DNA of 64,000 bases from Podarcis filfolensis (Eukaryota). The translations under genes were made by a program, and so were the position numbers. Shown here in pieces: positions 35,278 to 47,240 of this stretch (position 1 is its first letter; each line of letters starts with the position of its first letter). The stretch lies in assembly GCA_964270895.1 (NCBI GenBank), contig OZ185446.1. One strand, written 5' to 3'. The notes beneath the pieces are model-generated. The model worked only from the letters and a program-made list of their open reading frames with translations. It ran no database searches and had not been told where the DNA came from.

Positions 35278-38200
35278 TCTCCCAAAATCTCATGCTTTAC
35301 AGCTGCTATTAGAGCAGGAAATAAATACAAAACAAAACATTTCCCTGATTAAAAAAAAAGATGAAGGCACAATCTGAGTATGTGCATTTTAAACTCACTT
35401 AAATCACAGTACCATCATGATTACAGAAATAAAATGGAATCTGCTTCTGCTGTCCTGATTCTAAGTATATTTATTTGGGAATGAGCACAGTTTTGTTGCA
35501 GAAAATTAAAGTAAAAATCATTCTGAAATGGATTGCAATTACCTGCACCAAGACCTGCCTCAGAGGCCAGGAAAACCGGGAATACTAAAAATAGCTTGCC
35601 ACGAAGGCAATCATACTGAGTGAGCTGCCAAACTATTGCCACTTTCAGCAGCTTGACTATGATTTGTTTTTTAAACGATAGCATGCTGTAGCCATCAGCA
35701 GTGGTCCCTGTGCAAGGTAGGCCCATGCTGGCTCAGGTGCTGACGCTATCCTCTGCCACTTATTTGTGGTGGTCATTTGAGGCCCCCATGGGCTGAGAAG
35801 CCCTGGACTTTGACCTCGAGGTCCAGCCCTAGCTGCACCACTAATCATGGATCATGTTCTTCATCAAATTCATTCTAGCATGATTCATAGTATAGTTGTG
35901 CCAACCAGAAGGGCTTCTAGCACTTAAGGAGCAAGTACACCAACTGCTACCTTGGTTGTGTTGTGGGATATGGTTACATAATGTGTCTTCCTGCAGAAGT
36001 TACCAGTGAGATTACGGCAATGCAACATTTCTAATAAATTACTTCTCCAACAACCCCTCTCCCAATACCTTATTATATGCAAAAGTTCGGAATGTTCTTA
36101 TGCATCATTTTTCAATCCCTACCTTCTTCCACTGTGTGGATGTGCAATTTCCTTTTATAAGTTGGTGAAAAACCTATGAAAGCTTTTATATTGTACTTTT
36201 TTAAACAATTGAACTGGTTTCAGCTGTCTCTGTTTTTATGCAATTTGATTGCTGTTGCAATCTCTTTTTTGTTGTTTTTGCTGTTGTTTTAACACTAGCT
36301 GATAAGTGAGATTTTAAAACGTTAATTTATAGTTATACCTTGGTTGTTATTCACCTTGTAGTCTTTTGTTGAAAGATTGGATATAAATATTTAATAATGT
36401 TAATAATAACATTAATAATAAATAAATAATGCAGACATGGGTAGGACTTATCTTAGTATTATCAATTCTGTTACAATTAAACTTTAGTATGCAAAATCAT
36501 TTCCAATTGTTCATTCTTCTCTAGTTTAATATTCCAGTTTAATGTTTCCATAGGAAGTCAAACCCTCCTCAGCAGAGCTGCTTTATTTTAAAATTCAGCA
36601 TAAAATTTAGCACAAGCATCAACTTGTTTATGCAAGTGAATTGGGGAAGTTTTTACATAATGTAGGTATGGATCTGGGCAAGTGGTAGAGTTCTTGCCAC
36701 AGAGCTGCACTAACACAAGTTACTGTGACTACCACACTGGATTCAGATTACTGTATGAGGAATTTTATGTAACAGGGTTTGGAGTCTTTTGTTTTATTTC
36801 AAAATGTGTGTTGGACAGCAGTGATTGAACTCATAGGTCACAATATATTCCTCTCTATTACTACTGTACAGTTTCCTGTGTCAATTTTACAAGTTTAAGA
36901 ATGACTTCTGAGTTAATATTTTGTGACATTTGCTTAAAATTTAATCTTTCAGCAAACATTCCTGCCAGGAAACTCATTTATCAGACAGTCTCTTGGGGAA
37001 CATGCATTAAAAGGGCATGGATAGAGCTAACACAAATTCCAATTTCAAATCTGAGTGAATATTGAAATATTCACCTGGTTTCAAGCAGGTTTGGTCCAAG
37101 ATAATTTTGCAGCTCCAAACAGCTGCAGTGCACAATCTGAGCTCCATGATTTTAAAGAACTTCCATTCATTTCAACAAAGTGTGTGCAGGAGAACAGTCT
37201 GGTAAATTATGTTCTGTATTTGTCAGTATTAGGATGGGGAGTCACTTGGATCTTCTGTCCGAGGCACCAAAATATATTGGCTGGCATTTGCTACCTTACT
37301 CTTGAAACATTTCATAGCACCCCTTCATGTGACCCCCCTTTTTTCAAACTGCACTTTGTGTGACCACTATCTGACAACCCACAAAAGCTCCATTATTAAA
37401 GTGCACTGTCCCAATAACATCCATGTGAAATACAAATTGTGTTGGGGACATCCATTGCTGCAAATGATGTACAAAATATGCAACATAAGTCAGCTAATAA
37501 AACTTCCAAACACTTTTATTAACAGTGGAGGGGGGAAAGCAGTAGATGCTATATATATGATGCTACATGTTTTTACCCAAAGTTCTCAGACAACATTATA
37601 AAAAGTAGACACAAACATACTTAATGAGAAAGAAAATAGGAAATCTTCGTGAGGTGGAGTTGTGGAGAAGAGAAGAGGTGGTCCTATTGTTGCTCTTTTT
37701 TCTGCTTTACTTACGGAATTGACCCATAAGGAGTGTTGGGGGTGTCTTCTCTTCCTCTTCTTTAACTTTAAAGGCATATTCTGTGTTTTCTAAAGCTAAA
37801 ATCCCTTCCTGAGGAGAAGATTGATTTAATTTGATTGGGGTGTGAATGGGTGGGTGAAGCAGAGTTGATTTCTGCAGGCCACTATGAGTCCTGTGTTAAG
37901 CAAAAGAGGGGCGGTTCAGCAGGTCTCAGGCTGTTTGATCTGCCTTGATCCCCCTTCACAGGGGAAATGAAGCGGCAGTAACTTTGCTTCAGCACAGTGG
38001 ATATTTTTAAAAAATGTTTTAGGAAGATAATTTATTGGGCTTAATTGCTCTTTAATCCTCCTCATTGGCCTGTCATAGAAAAATCTTTTCTGAATGGAGA
38101 AGCCAGCTTGAAAAGGCCCAGGCAGGCCATGAGGGGAAGGCAAGGGACAAGCAAGGCTTCTTCCTACCTCCGTTGATGCAATCATTTATTGGCACAGGGC

Positions 38201-39261
38201 CTGATCAGTTCAATGAGGCTCCTTGCCCAGCAGAGTAATTGGATGCTATTGGTGTCCTTTGTCTTTTGAGACTCTACTGACAGGTTTACAGAGTAATCCT
38301 ACACATATTTATTCTGAAGCAGGTATGTGTTATATGGGCCTATGGGCCTGCTCCCAGGAAAGTTTACAGCTTTAGGCCAAAATCCTGAATGTAACTTATT
38401 GGAAAGTATGGTCTGTTGGAATCAATCAGATGCTACTTGCGTTACAAAAAAATCAAGGCGGATTCTTTTTCTCCTCTTTCAAAACTCTGTGTTTATTTCT
38501 TTTTAGCTGTGGTTGTAATGTGGTCATTTGCTGGACAAAAGCTCCAACCTCAGCCCATAGAGGAATAGTAGCATCATACCTGCAATGATATAAGAACTAC
38601 CCAGACACTGGTCATCCAAATTATTTGGATGTATTCACAAAAATAATTTTCCCTAGGTAAATATTTACACATTCATATGTAGTAGAACTCTGACCTTAGG
38701 CAAAAAGGTTCCACTCTGGCAAAAGCTTTAGAGAAGGTTGATATTTTTCCATTAGAGTGAGATAATCTACCTAATGGCTCATATCTGAAAACATGAGCTG
38801 CAGAGCTTTCACAACGGGGAGCTGAAACTTGAGAAGCCTCTGTGTGCTTGTTGGAGATGGCTAGTAGCAGCAGCAACAACAAAAGTTGCAGGGAAGTTCT
38901 GCACTGATGAACAAGCTTAGGATCTCCCTCTAGGACCAGAGAGAGGAAGGTTTATTGAACTGCATAAAGGACTGAACCTCATTGCTTGTTTATAAAGTGT
39001 TGCTTAGTTATTTTGTAATGTTTATTTTACTGTTTTGCAGTAAAGCTTTGAAACACATTATTGTGGAGAATTAATTTCTCCACAAGGTTCAGATCAGGAA
39101 TTCTGCTGAATTCTAAGAAGTCCAGGGAGAGAAATCTGCTCCCCACACTGTGTAGGCCCTGTACTTTGCACAAATGCTGCTTGGCATCTCATCAGTTGGG
39201 TGGTATCTCCTGCATTCAATGAGGTGTTACTGAGAGCCTTCGAACCATCAGATTTTCTAAG

Positions 39262-39377
39262 TTTCAGGTGTTGTTAGATTACAGCTCCCATCATTCCTCA
39301 CTATTGACTGTGCTGGCTGAGACCGATGGTGATTGGAGTCCAACAACTGTTGGAGGGCTATAGGTTTTCCATCCCTG
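39262..39377. mobile_element. Left-truncated hAT-type hairpin MITE
   Basis: Internal inverted repeat TGTTGTTAGATTACAGCTCCCATC...GATGGTGATTGGAGTCCAACAAC, ending in TTTTCCATCCCTG. Resembles a common squamate MITE (from memory). Confidence 0.55.
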
Positions 39378-40149
39378 TTTTAATTCCTCTTGGGCAGCAA
39401 AAAATTTGGGACCCTTGATGATATTATACTATGAACTAGCACCAATATGATATCTTCTATTTTTCACTCAGACCGTTTTAAAGTCAGAAGTGCTTTCAGT
39501 CTCATGTGAATAGCACAAAACGTAAAAGGCAGTTTGATGTGATCTACACAGCTGTGGGGATACTTAAGGTCAAACCAATGGAAGCTTGTTTTAAAAAGAA
39601 TCACTGTCATGTTAATATTGCCAAAAGCTGTGGTATAGGGACATGTAAATATGTAGTCTGTTTTCATGTTAAAATCTGTTGGTTTCAGTAAACATAATTC
39701 TGGGGCTATCATTTAAGTAATTTGTTCTGCATTCCAAAATTAGGTGTTTTTTTCATATTTCACTGCAAGTCTCAATCTTATAGTTCCTGTAATCCTCTCT
39801 TATTCTGATTTTGCACCAAGGAAGCCATTTGGTAGGGAAATCATGCTTATTTTATCTTGCCTTAAACTACTGCTTTGAAAGTTCATTTTCTGAAATACTT
39901 GGCCTATGCACATGCCCATCTTCTACATGTGTTTGGGACATAGGATTGCACTGTCTGGCCCTGCTCATGGCATCCCTGTTGTCCATGTACTGGACATCTG
40001 CACAAGGTCTTACACATTAAGGGACCACCCATGTATAGGCACAAACTGCATATATAGGCACAAATTATTCACTATAGGAAAGGGGCCCAGTGATTTATGG
40101 GGTTTGGCACCATCTGCGAGGCAAGAGCCAAAGCAGGAGTTGGGGAGAG

Positions 40150-40520
40150 GAAGGGTCTAAACTAAGCAGTCAGAGATGGAGGTGGGTGCATATGACATGT
40201 CAGAGGAAGAGGAAATGGTGGTTCAGGCAGATGGGCCAGTCAGAACCTTGCCATCCCCTGCTCTGCTGTCTCCTAGAATCAGGAGGAACCTGAAGAGAGA
40301 AGAACGGCGACTTCTGTGTAGGAGAAGCCTCAGGTTGCATGTGCACATCCCATCAGATAAGGGTACATAAGGTGGTGGTGAGGAGCTTGGTCCCACTGTT
40401 GCTGCAACTGCTCTGTGGGTCATGGACCTGGGGAAAGCTGCCTAGAAAGCTGTGTATCCATTGCACTTTAGGAGCTGCTGTAAGTGTGCTTGGATGTTTG
40501 CCTTCCTTGGCTGGGGTGCT
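40150..40520. mobile_element. Possible degenerate solo-LTR-like repeat
   Basis: Purine-rich GAGGAAGAG block followed by CTGTCTCCTAGAATCAGGAGGAACCTGAAGAGAGAAG. Resembles lizard LTR-type repeats (from memory). No clear TG..CA ends or TSD found. Confidence 0.3.
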
Positions 40521-40712
40521 GGGATATTAGGAAAATGAAATGCTTCTGAACAGTTGTTTGGAAACCAATGTTTCTGAAGCACAGAACAGAATTCTCATCC
40601 ACACTGGCCAGGCTATATGCTCTGGTTTCAATTTCTTTTATGCATGCGCTACAAAATGTAAGCTAGCCAGTGAACAGTCTTATGGAAACAAGGCATTTTA
40701 TAGAGCCCTTCC

Positions 40713-40851
40713 CAGTGCTATTTTTCTTGAAAAAAAAGGTGCAGGAACTCACTATGAACGCCTCCTATGTTCTCTTATAATGGCAATGGTGCCCACCTGA
40801 AAGGTACCAGAACTGAGTTCCAGCAAGTTCTGGCTGAAAAAAAAAGCCCTG
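40713..40851. mobile_element. hAT-type MITE, same family as 30099-30211
   Basis: Termini CAGTGCTATTTTT...AAAAAAGCCCTG. Shared internal AGGTGC/ACCAGAACTGAGTTCCAGCAAGTT motifs. TSD degenerate (5/8). Confidence 0.75.
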
Positions 40852-40890
40852 GTGCTCCCATACTTCAATCCAATTATTTGTTATTTATTG

Positions 40891-40893
<3 letters not shown>

Positions 40894-40932
<39 letters not shown>
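40894..40932. repeat. (AC)n microsatellite
   Basis: Direct reading. Confidence 0.95.
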
Positions 40933-40934
<2 letters not shown>

Positions 40935-43259
40935 GCAGGCACCTCATTGTATTGTTTCCTGTGCTTCCTAAAACCTTTTTTGTTTAGGCTAGCCTAGTCA
41001 GATATGTAAAGCTGACATGTATTTTAATAGATAGTTTTCATTTTTAACTATTGATTTTCTTTATATTTGGAATCATTTTTAGGCCAACTTATATTCAACT
41101 TCTGACTTTTATAGATAATTTTAATACATATTTTATGTTTCTTTGTAAACAACATAGAGGCTTTAAGAATTAGCCATTATACAAATATTATTAAATAGAT
41201 CTTATGTCCAAATGATTTCAAAACAAAAGAGTCAAGCACATGCTCAAATCTTCAGTTAAAAACAATGGAGCCTAGCTTCACTTTGGTGGAATTATACCCA
41301 TTGTGTATTTTTTGTTAGCTCCTGATGTTTTAATTTGTTTTTGTGTGTGTTTGCACTTACACATGCACCAGTTCCACTAATTCTTTTTAGATTTACTTTC
41401 ATAGCATTTTCTTTTTGTTATATACGACTGAATCTGTCAGCTCATTTTATTTATCCTTGTGAACGGATGTATTTAACAAACGGCCCAGAGGTTTTCATGT
41501 TACACCTCCTATGCTGTTGAATTCCTGTAGCACATCTGGTCAGTTCAGTGCTCCCATCAAAACAGCAGAGGGAGCACAATACATTTTCCAAAGGGTACTA
41601 AAAATACAGAACCGTGAATATTTTATTTGCAGCAGAGATCATTCACAAACAACCCTTAGGCTTGTTTCATAAATGAAAATAAGAATGACCTGCTTATGGC
41701 AGGAGCCATGTACGAAAAATACCAAGATAGTCAGAAAACTGGTACAGAAGCATGTACAGAGTGGATGTATAAATGGCATTAGCTGGAAGACTCAAACAGA
41801 TTCTGGTAAAATGATCAGAGAACATTGTAGAAGCCAGTCTCCATCTGTCAAGTCAAAGGATTGTAATGGATCCAGAGCTCTGAAGGAGGAAGAGCAAAAA
41901 ATGTTTACCCCCTCCCCTTTTTACTGGTTAGTGTAGGGGGAAAGAGACGTGTACACCCAGAGCCTCAGTGAAAGCTAGAAAGTGCATGCCTCTCATTATA
42001 GATATGTTAAAACTATTGAAACTCAACATAAGCCACACATTTCAAGGATAGGTGATGGAATGCAACTGTGCAGCTTTCTGGGAAAAGTCTCCATGAAGGA
42101 CTACTAGAGTTCAGCATACTGAAATCATGTACCGAATTCATTCCGTTAATGAATACTATTTTCCCCTCAAACCAGCCCCTAAATGACTGTTTCTGCAGGA
42201 AGAAATGACAGCTGTTGTGTGGAGGTAAAGGATCTGTGGAGATGCAATGGCCAGATATCTTCCTCTCATTTGGGTAGATTGTGTGACATAGGAGTTAGGA
42301 TATTTGCTGTTCCTAAGAGGTTAAACCATTCTTGCCATCATGAGAGGCACATTCCCTGAGCTGACATGTTAGTCAAAGCAAGACAGTGAATCATTAAGTT
42401 ACATTCCAAGTAAGAGACAGACAGAGGTGCCTCTGTGAGGTTTACAATGCCTCAGGTGAGATGTATAACAGAACCATATGCATTTGAGGGGAAGCAAAAC
42501 TTCTCAGAGCTTGAAAATTAGCAACAGCATACAACATATATTAAAAGTTCATAAAATACAATTCTATAATGGCTAAATACTTCTGTAGGTGTTTATCACT
42601 CCAGTGTATCCCATGAAAGTGGGATCTTAGTATCCCTGTTTGACAGTCCTTGAAGCAAAACTATAAAATATAAGAGTGAAGGTATGTGCCCTAAGGGCCA
42701 TTTCACATGCTATGGGGTGGTGAAAAGGGGCAGAGAAGCAGAGAAACAAGAAGTGTTAATGGCCACTTAGTATTTTCATATGTTTTATTATAACACTCCA
42801 AAGAAAGGATCCTTGTATCTTGGTTATAGAAAATCACTGAATGCTTAATAATCCCATAGGTTTTTTTTAAATTAGAGGAAGCTTCCATGTGTGATTTTTC
42901 TTATATAAAAATAATAATAATGTCTGCCCAGCTATATACTCATAGCTAAACATATTCAGTGACAGTCGTGAGTAATGATGCATACACTATTACCTAAAAA
43001 GAGACCATATTTGTTTAGGAAAATATATTACACATGTGTGGTCCACCCCATAGGTAAAACACATGAGTATTTACAACTGATGAGGAATCTATCATCTATT
43101 TTCCCATAAAAGAGGCAGGTCGGTAGGTAGATTTTCCTGCTCTGATATATCTATTCCAGGCTGACTATTATGCCTGAACCTTGTTATTATGAGTTCAGAA
43201 GGAGAAACACTTTGTTGCTTAGTTTTCGTGCAATTTTATTGACCTATCTAGATGGAAAT

Positions 43260-44062
43260 GGGATGCGGGTGGTGCTGTGGGTTAAACCACTGTGCCGCTT
43301 GGGTCTGCCGATCAGAAGGTTGGCGGTTCGAATCTCGGTGACGGAGTGAGCTGCCGTTGCTCGGTCCCTGCTCCTGCCAACCTAGCAGTTCAAAAGCATG
43401 CAGTGCAAGTAGATAAATACCGTATTTTTCACCCTATAGGATGCACTTTTCCCCCTCCAAAAATGAAGGGGAAATGTGTGTGCGTCCTATGGGGCGAATG
43501 CAGGCTTTCACTGAAGCCTGGAGAGCGAGAGGGGTCGGTGCACACTGCTCTCCAGGCTTCAGGAAGCTATCCTCCAGGCTTCAGGAACTCCCGCGGGCTC
43601 CCAAGGCTTGCTGACAGCAGCCTGCAGCCTGAAACCTGGGGAGCGCAGCGGAGCTCGCCCCAGGCTTTGGGCAGCTCTCCGCAACCCTTGGGAGCCCAGC
43701 GCAACTTCCCGCCGGGCTCCCTAGGCTTGCGGATAGCAGTCTGTTCTGGGGGCTGGGGTCGGGGGAAGCTCGGGCTTCCCCCACCCCAGCCCTACGCCTG
43801 GGGGGGGATTTTTTTTCTTTATTTCCCCCCCAAAAAAACTAGGTGCGCCCTATGGGGCGAAAAATACGGTAGGTACCACTCCAGCGGGAAGGTAAATAGC
43901 ATTTCTGTGCACTGCTCTGGTTTGCCAGAAGCGGCTTAGTCATGCTGGCCACATGACCTGGAAGCTGTATGCTGGCTTCTTCAGCCAGTAAAGCGAGATG
44001 AGCACTGCAACCCCGGAGTCATCTGTGACTGGACCTAATGGTCAGGGGTCCCTTTACCTTTT
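43260..44062 (+). mobile_element. Sauria SINE (tRNA-derived), split by a MITE
   Basis: Head GGGATGCGGGTGGTGCTGTGG, B-box GGTTCGAATC, tail GGGGTCCCTTTACCTTTT. Perfect 14-bp TSD TATCTAGATGGAAA (43245-43258 and 44063-44076). Colinear with the copy at 50730-51078 once 43420-43871 is removed. Confidence 0.92.
43420..43869. mobile_element. Tc2/pogo-type (TcMar) MITE inserted in the Sauria SINE
   Basis: TIR CCGTATTTTTCACCCTATAGGATGCAC vs reverse complement of the right end CCGTATTTTTCGCCCCATAGGGCGCAC. TA duplication at 43418-43419 and 43870-43871. 450 bp. A CCGTAT terminus is typical of Tc2-like elements. Confidence 0.88.
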
Positions 44063-44485
44063 TATCTAGATGGAAAGAAGGTTCCCTCCATTGGTTCTGC
44101 TGAGAGATGTACCTTTGACTGGATTTCCTGCCATTGTGGGTGTTTCTGAAGTAATGCAGGACTTTAAGATGTGGCATCACTTACAGCACACTCATGTCCA
44201 CCCTCTCTTTGCCTGCTTTGTCAGAACAGCTTTGCCAGCAGAGCATCCAGCTTTATCAGTGTAGGCAGAATGACATACTGCTTCATAATGCTGCTTAGCT
44301 GGTGTAAGTGTGACATAGTATTGTGCCCTAAGGAGTGGTTGTGCAGTAGTGGGGGCCCTGCTGGCAGAGTCTAGTGGAGGGACGCTTCCATTGTATCCAA
44401 CCCCAACACAGTTCTCAGGGTTCAGGATAGCTCTGTAAGAGGGCAAGTGATTGGAGAAAGTACGGTGGCAAATTTTCAAGACTCT

Positions 44486-44691
44486 AAAAGCTTTCTAAAC
44501 TTTTCATGTTGGTGACACACTTTTAAGATATGCATGATTTTGCGACACAGTAATCCAGTTTTACTAGCAAACCAGAGGTTAAACTAACCTCTTTCCAGCC
44601 CTGGGAGGAGCATGGGGAGCGTTTGTGCGACACACCTACACACAGCAGCGAACACACTAACGTGTCATGACACACAGTTTGGAAAGCTCTG
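44486..44691. mobile_element. hAT-Charlie-type MITE
   Basis: Termini AAAGCTTTCTAAACT...AGTTTGGAAAGCTCTG with internal GACACAC repeats. TSD not clear. Confidence 0.65.
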
Positions 44692-44874
44692 CTGTAAGGA
44701 AAGGGTTCTTTTAAAAGGAGTTATTATATTTTAAGAGGTTGTATATTTTGTAAATGTCAAACGTAAGGCTTCTATGCCTTTAATGTCTATTTAGCATACA
44801 AATAGATATGCAGGTGAAACACTTATTGGCATGAATATGAATGAATACATTCTATTTCAAACAATGTGTTTGTT

Positions 44875-44980
44875 TTTGTGAATGTAAGTTCTTTTAAACT
44901 GTTTTTAATAGTGTGTTTTAATTGTTGTAACCCACTCTGGAACCTTAGGATGAAGGGTAATAAATTAAAACAACAACAAC
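44875..44980 (+). mobile_element. Short LINE 3'-end remnant
   Basis: T-rich run, TGTAACCCACTCTGGAACCTTAGGATGAAGGGTAATAAA and an (AAC)n tail. A similar remnant lies at ~33380-33435. Confidence 0.4.
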
Positions 44981-46067
44981 ATGGAGTATTATTTTCCTGT
45001 TACAAACATTCTTTTATAGTATATTTGCAGTTCACTTACAGTATATATGTCTGCTTAAAAGTAAGCAAGCATGAATAGGATCCATGGGGTTTAATGTTAG
45101 GTAAATTAATGTTGCCAAGAATAAAATGTAGATTTTAGATAGCAGTCACCCAACATTCCTGGGCACATATCCCTGGTACAAAACCTGCCTCCTGGCACCA
45201 AACGGTGAGTATCTTCCTATGAAAACTGGCATCATGTATCCATAACTTTTTCATTAAAAAGTAAGATTATTTTCTATAGGCTTTTTGTCTGTGATTAAAG
45301 GAAAGTGTGATAAAAACAGCTAATATTAGATTATTTTTTATTAATAAAAGCTGTTTTCTTTCTGCTTTTTTTTTTTAAAAAAAACCACACAAACATCAAA
45401 ATAAACAAACTAAATAAATAGAATGCCATGATTAGTTTCTTTCAGAGAAAGCTGTCTTTTCATCCCTCTCTCTGCACTTCTGATGTGTTCAGTCCCCAAT
45501 TTCCAAGGCTGGGAGTTGAGAGGTTGCACATAAAACCCTAGAGGTGAGGAGCTTTGATATAAGTATCAGCTCCAACAATTGGGATTTCTGCTACTTCTTT
45601 TTTTTAAAAAAGTGGCAAATCTGTCATAAAGTACTTACTGAAGATCCATGCTGAGCTCAAGGGTAAGCCCTGTGTGTTTATTAAACCTATGGCTTTTCAG
45701 GGGGGAAAGTGTTGGGCTGAATTGCAATAAAGAGCTGGTGAGAAATCCTCTGGCCGGGTTTACTGAATTATTGAATACAAGGATAAAGCGTTCATACTTG
45801 GCTTCTTGTGTTGTCTTGTGTCTAAGTACTCAGCGCCATGCAGGGTATAATGGTTACTGTAGCAAACACTTAGGGCTTTGTTTGGGCTTATAAACAAAAT
45901 CTGCATACTAGGTCTCCCCCCCTCCCCTGAAGGTCTGCAAAGCAGCAAATATAGGAGATATATACATATATTGCACAAAGGCCACGTGCAGGAGTGTGCT
46001 TCTAAAAGTAAATTCCCATCACAAGGTTCAAGGATTAGTTCATACAATTAGTTCATGCAATTTCCAT

Positions 46068-46550
46068 TCGTGCTATTGGCAAGAAGCAGTGCATTTAGAT
46101 AAGAATAAATGCAAAATACATATGCCGAGTTAGCAGGTCTAACAAGTAAAATAAGAGAGCAATAAATCAAGTATATAAAAAGGAATGGAAAAACTTTGTG
46201 GAGTATTTGGAGGAGTGGAAAAACTTTGTGGAGTATTTGGAAAATAACTGTAAACAAGTGAAAATGCTAGCAGCATTAAGGTAAATTCCACAGTATAATA
46301 TACATCATCAACAACATCATAATCATCATCAGCATTGAAGAATGAGGGGAGAAAGTTATCTAAATGGATATATAAGAATATGCAGGAATGGTAGGGAAAT
46401 TAAAGGAACCAGGGAAGGGGAAGAAGGGAAGCCATTGAATGTTTTTATTAAAAGAAATATATCAATGGTGGAAATGTATGCTTGAATGTGAGTGTGATTT
46501 TGGAAATGGTAATAATGAAAATTACAAATAAAATTTTAAAAAGAAAAGAA
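46068..46550 (+). mobile_element. L1/Tx1-like LINE 3' fragment
   Basis: ORF2 C-terminal-like peptides YAELAGLTSKIREQ and KEWKNFVEYLEEWKNFVEYLENNCKQVKMLAALR*, followed by a 3' UTR-like stretch, AATAAA and an A-rich tail (~46527-46550). Confidence 0.6.
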
Positions 46551-46633
46551 TAAACGCAAAATACTACACTTTGGTCATACTGCTAGGATTGGCAACAATT
46601 CTGACCATAATTTTGAGGACACTCAATCAATTT

Positions 46634-47125
46634 ATAGAATCATAGAATTTGAAGTGACTTCAGAGATCCAACCCCTGTCCAATGCAGGAAGCCCCACTAT
46701 TTCAGGATTCTTGTTGGGTGGCTGTATACCTTCTGCTTTAAAACCTGTGATGAAAGGGAACCCACCGCTGTTGAACAGCTTCTACTATCAGGAACTTCTT
46801 TCTAAGGTTTTGTCTAAATTCTTTTTGCTTGTGTTTTGAACCCATGGGTTTGCCCTATCATCTGGAGTAACAGAAAATAAATTTGCTCTATCATCTGACA
46901 GCCCTTCAAATATTGAAGCCCTATCACACCATCTCTTAATAATCTCCAGGCTACACATATTCAACTCCTTCAACTATTCTTCACAGGAGTTGGTCTTTTG
47001 GCTCCTCACCATCTTTGTTGTCCTCCACTGAAAACTTTGCAGTTTTCTGATATCCTTAAACTTTGATGCCAAGGACTGGACATATTATTTCTGGTAAGGT
47101 CTGACCAAAGCAGAATAGAACAGTG
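46634..47125 (-). mobile_element. CR1 LINE 3' fragment
   Basis: ATAGAATCATAGAAT is the reverse of the CR1 (ATTCTRTG)n tail. The minus strand encodes 'LFYSALVRP..', 'KELNMCSLE' and 'ANLFSVTPDDR', matching the CR1 RT C-terminus. Confidence 0.8.
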
Positions 47126-47126
47126 G

Positions 47127-47240
47127 GTTGTAGCCAGTGCTAGTCCCACTCAGAGTAAACCCACTGAAATTAATGATGTGCTTAACTTAGGTTCATTTAC
47201 TTTAGTGGGTCTACTCTGAGTAGAACTTATTTGGAGACAG
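47127..47240. mobile_element. Tiny hairpin MITE family B
   Basis: ACTCAGAGTAAACCCACTGAA...TAGTGGGTCTACTCTGAGT inverted arms. Related copy at ~60657-60761. Confidence 0.6.

Noticed and set aside
43260-43345. tRNA gene (A and B boxes; also 50990-51078)
   Set aside because: These are the tRNA-derived heads of Sauria SINEs, not tRNA genes.
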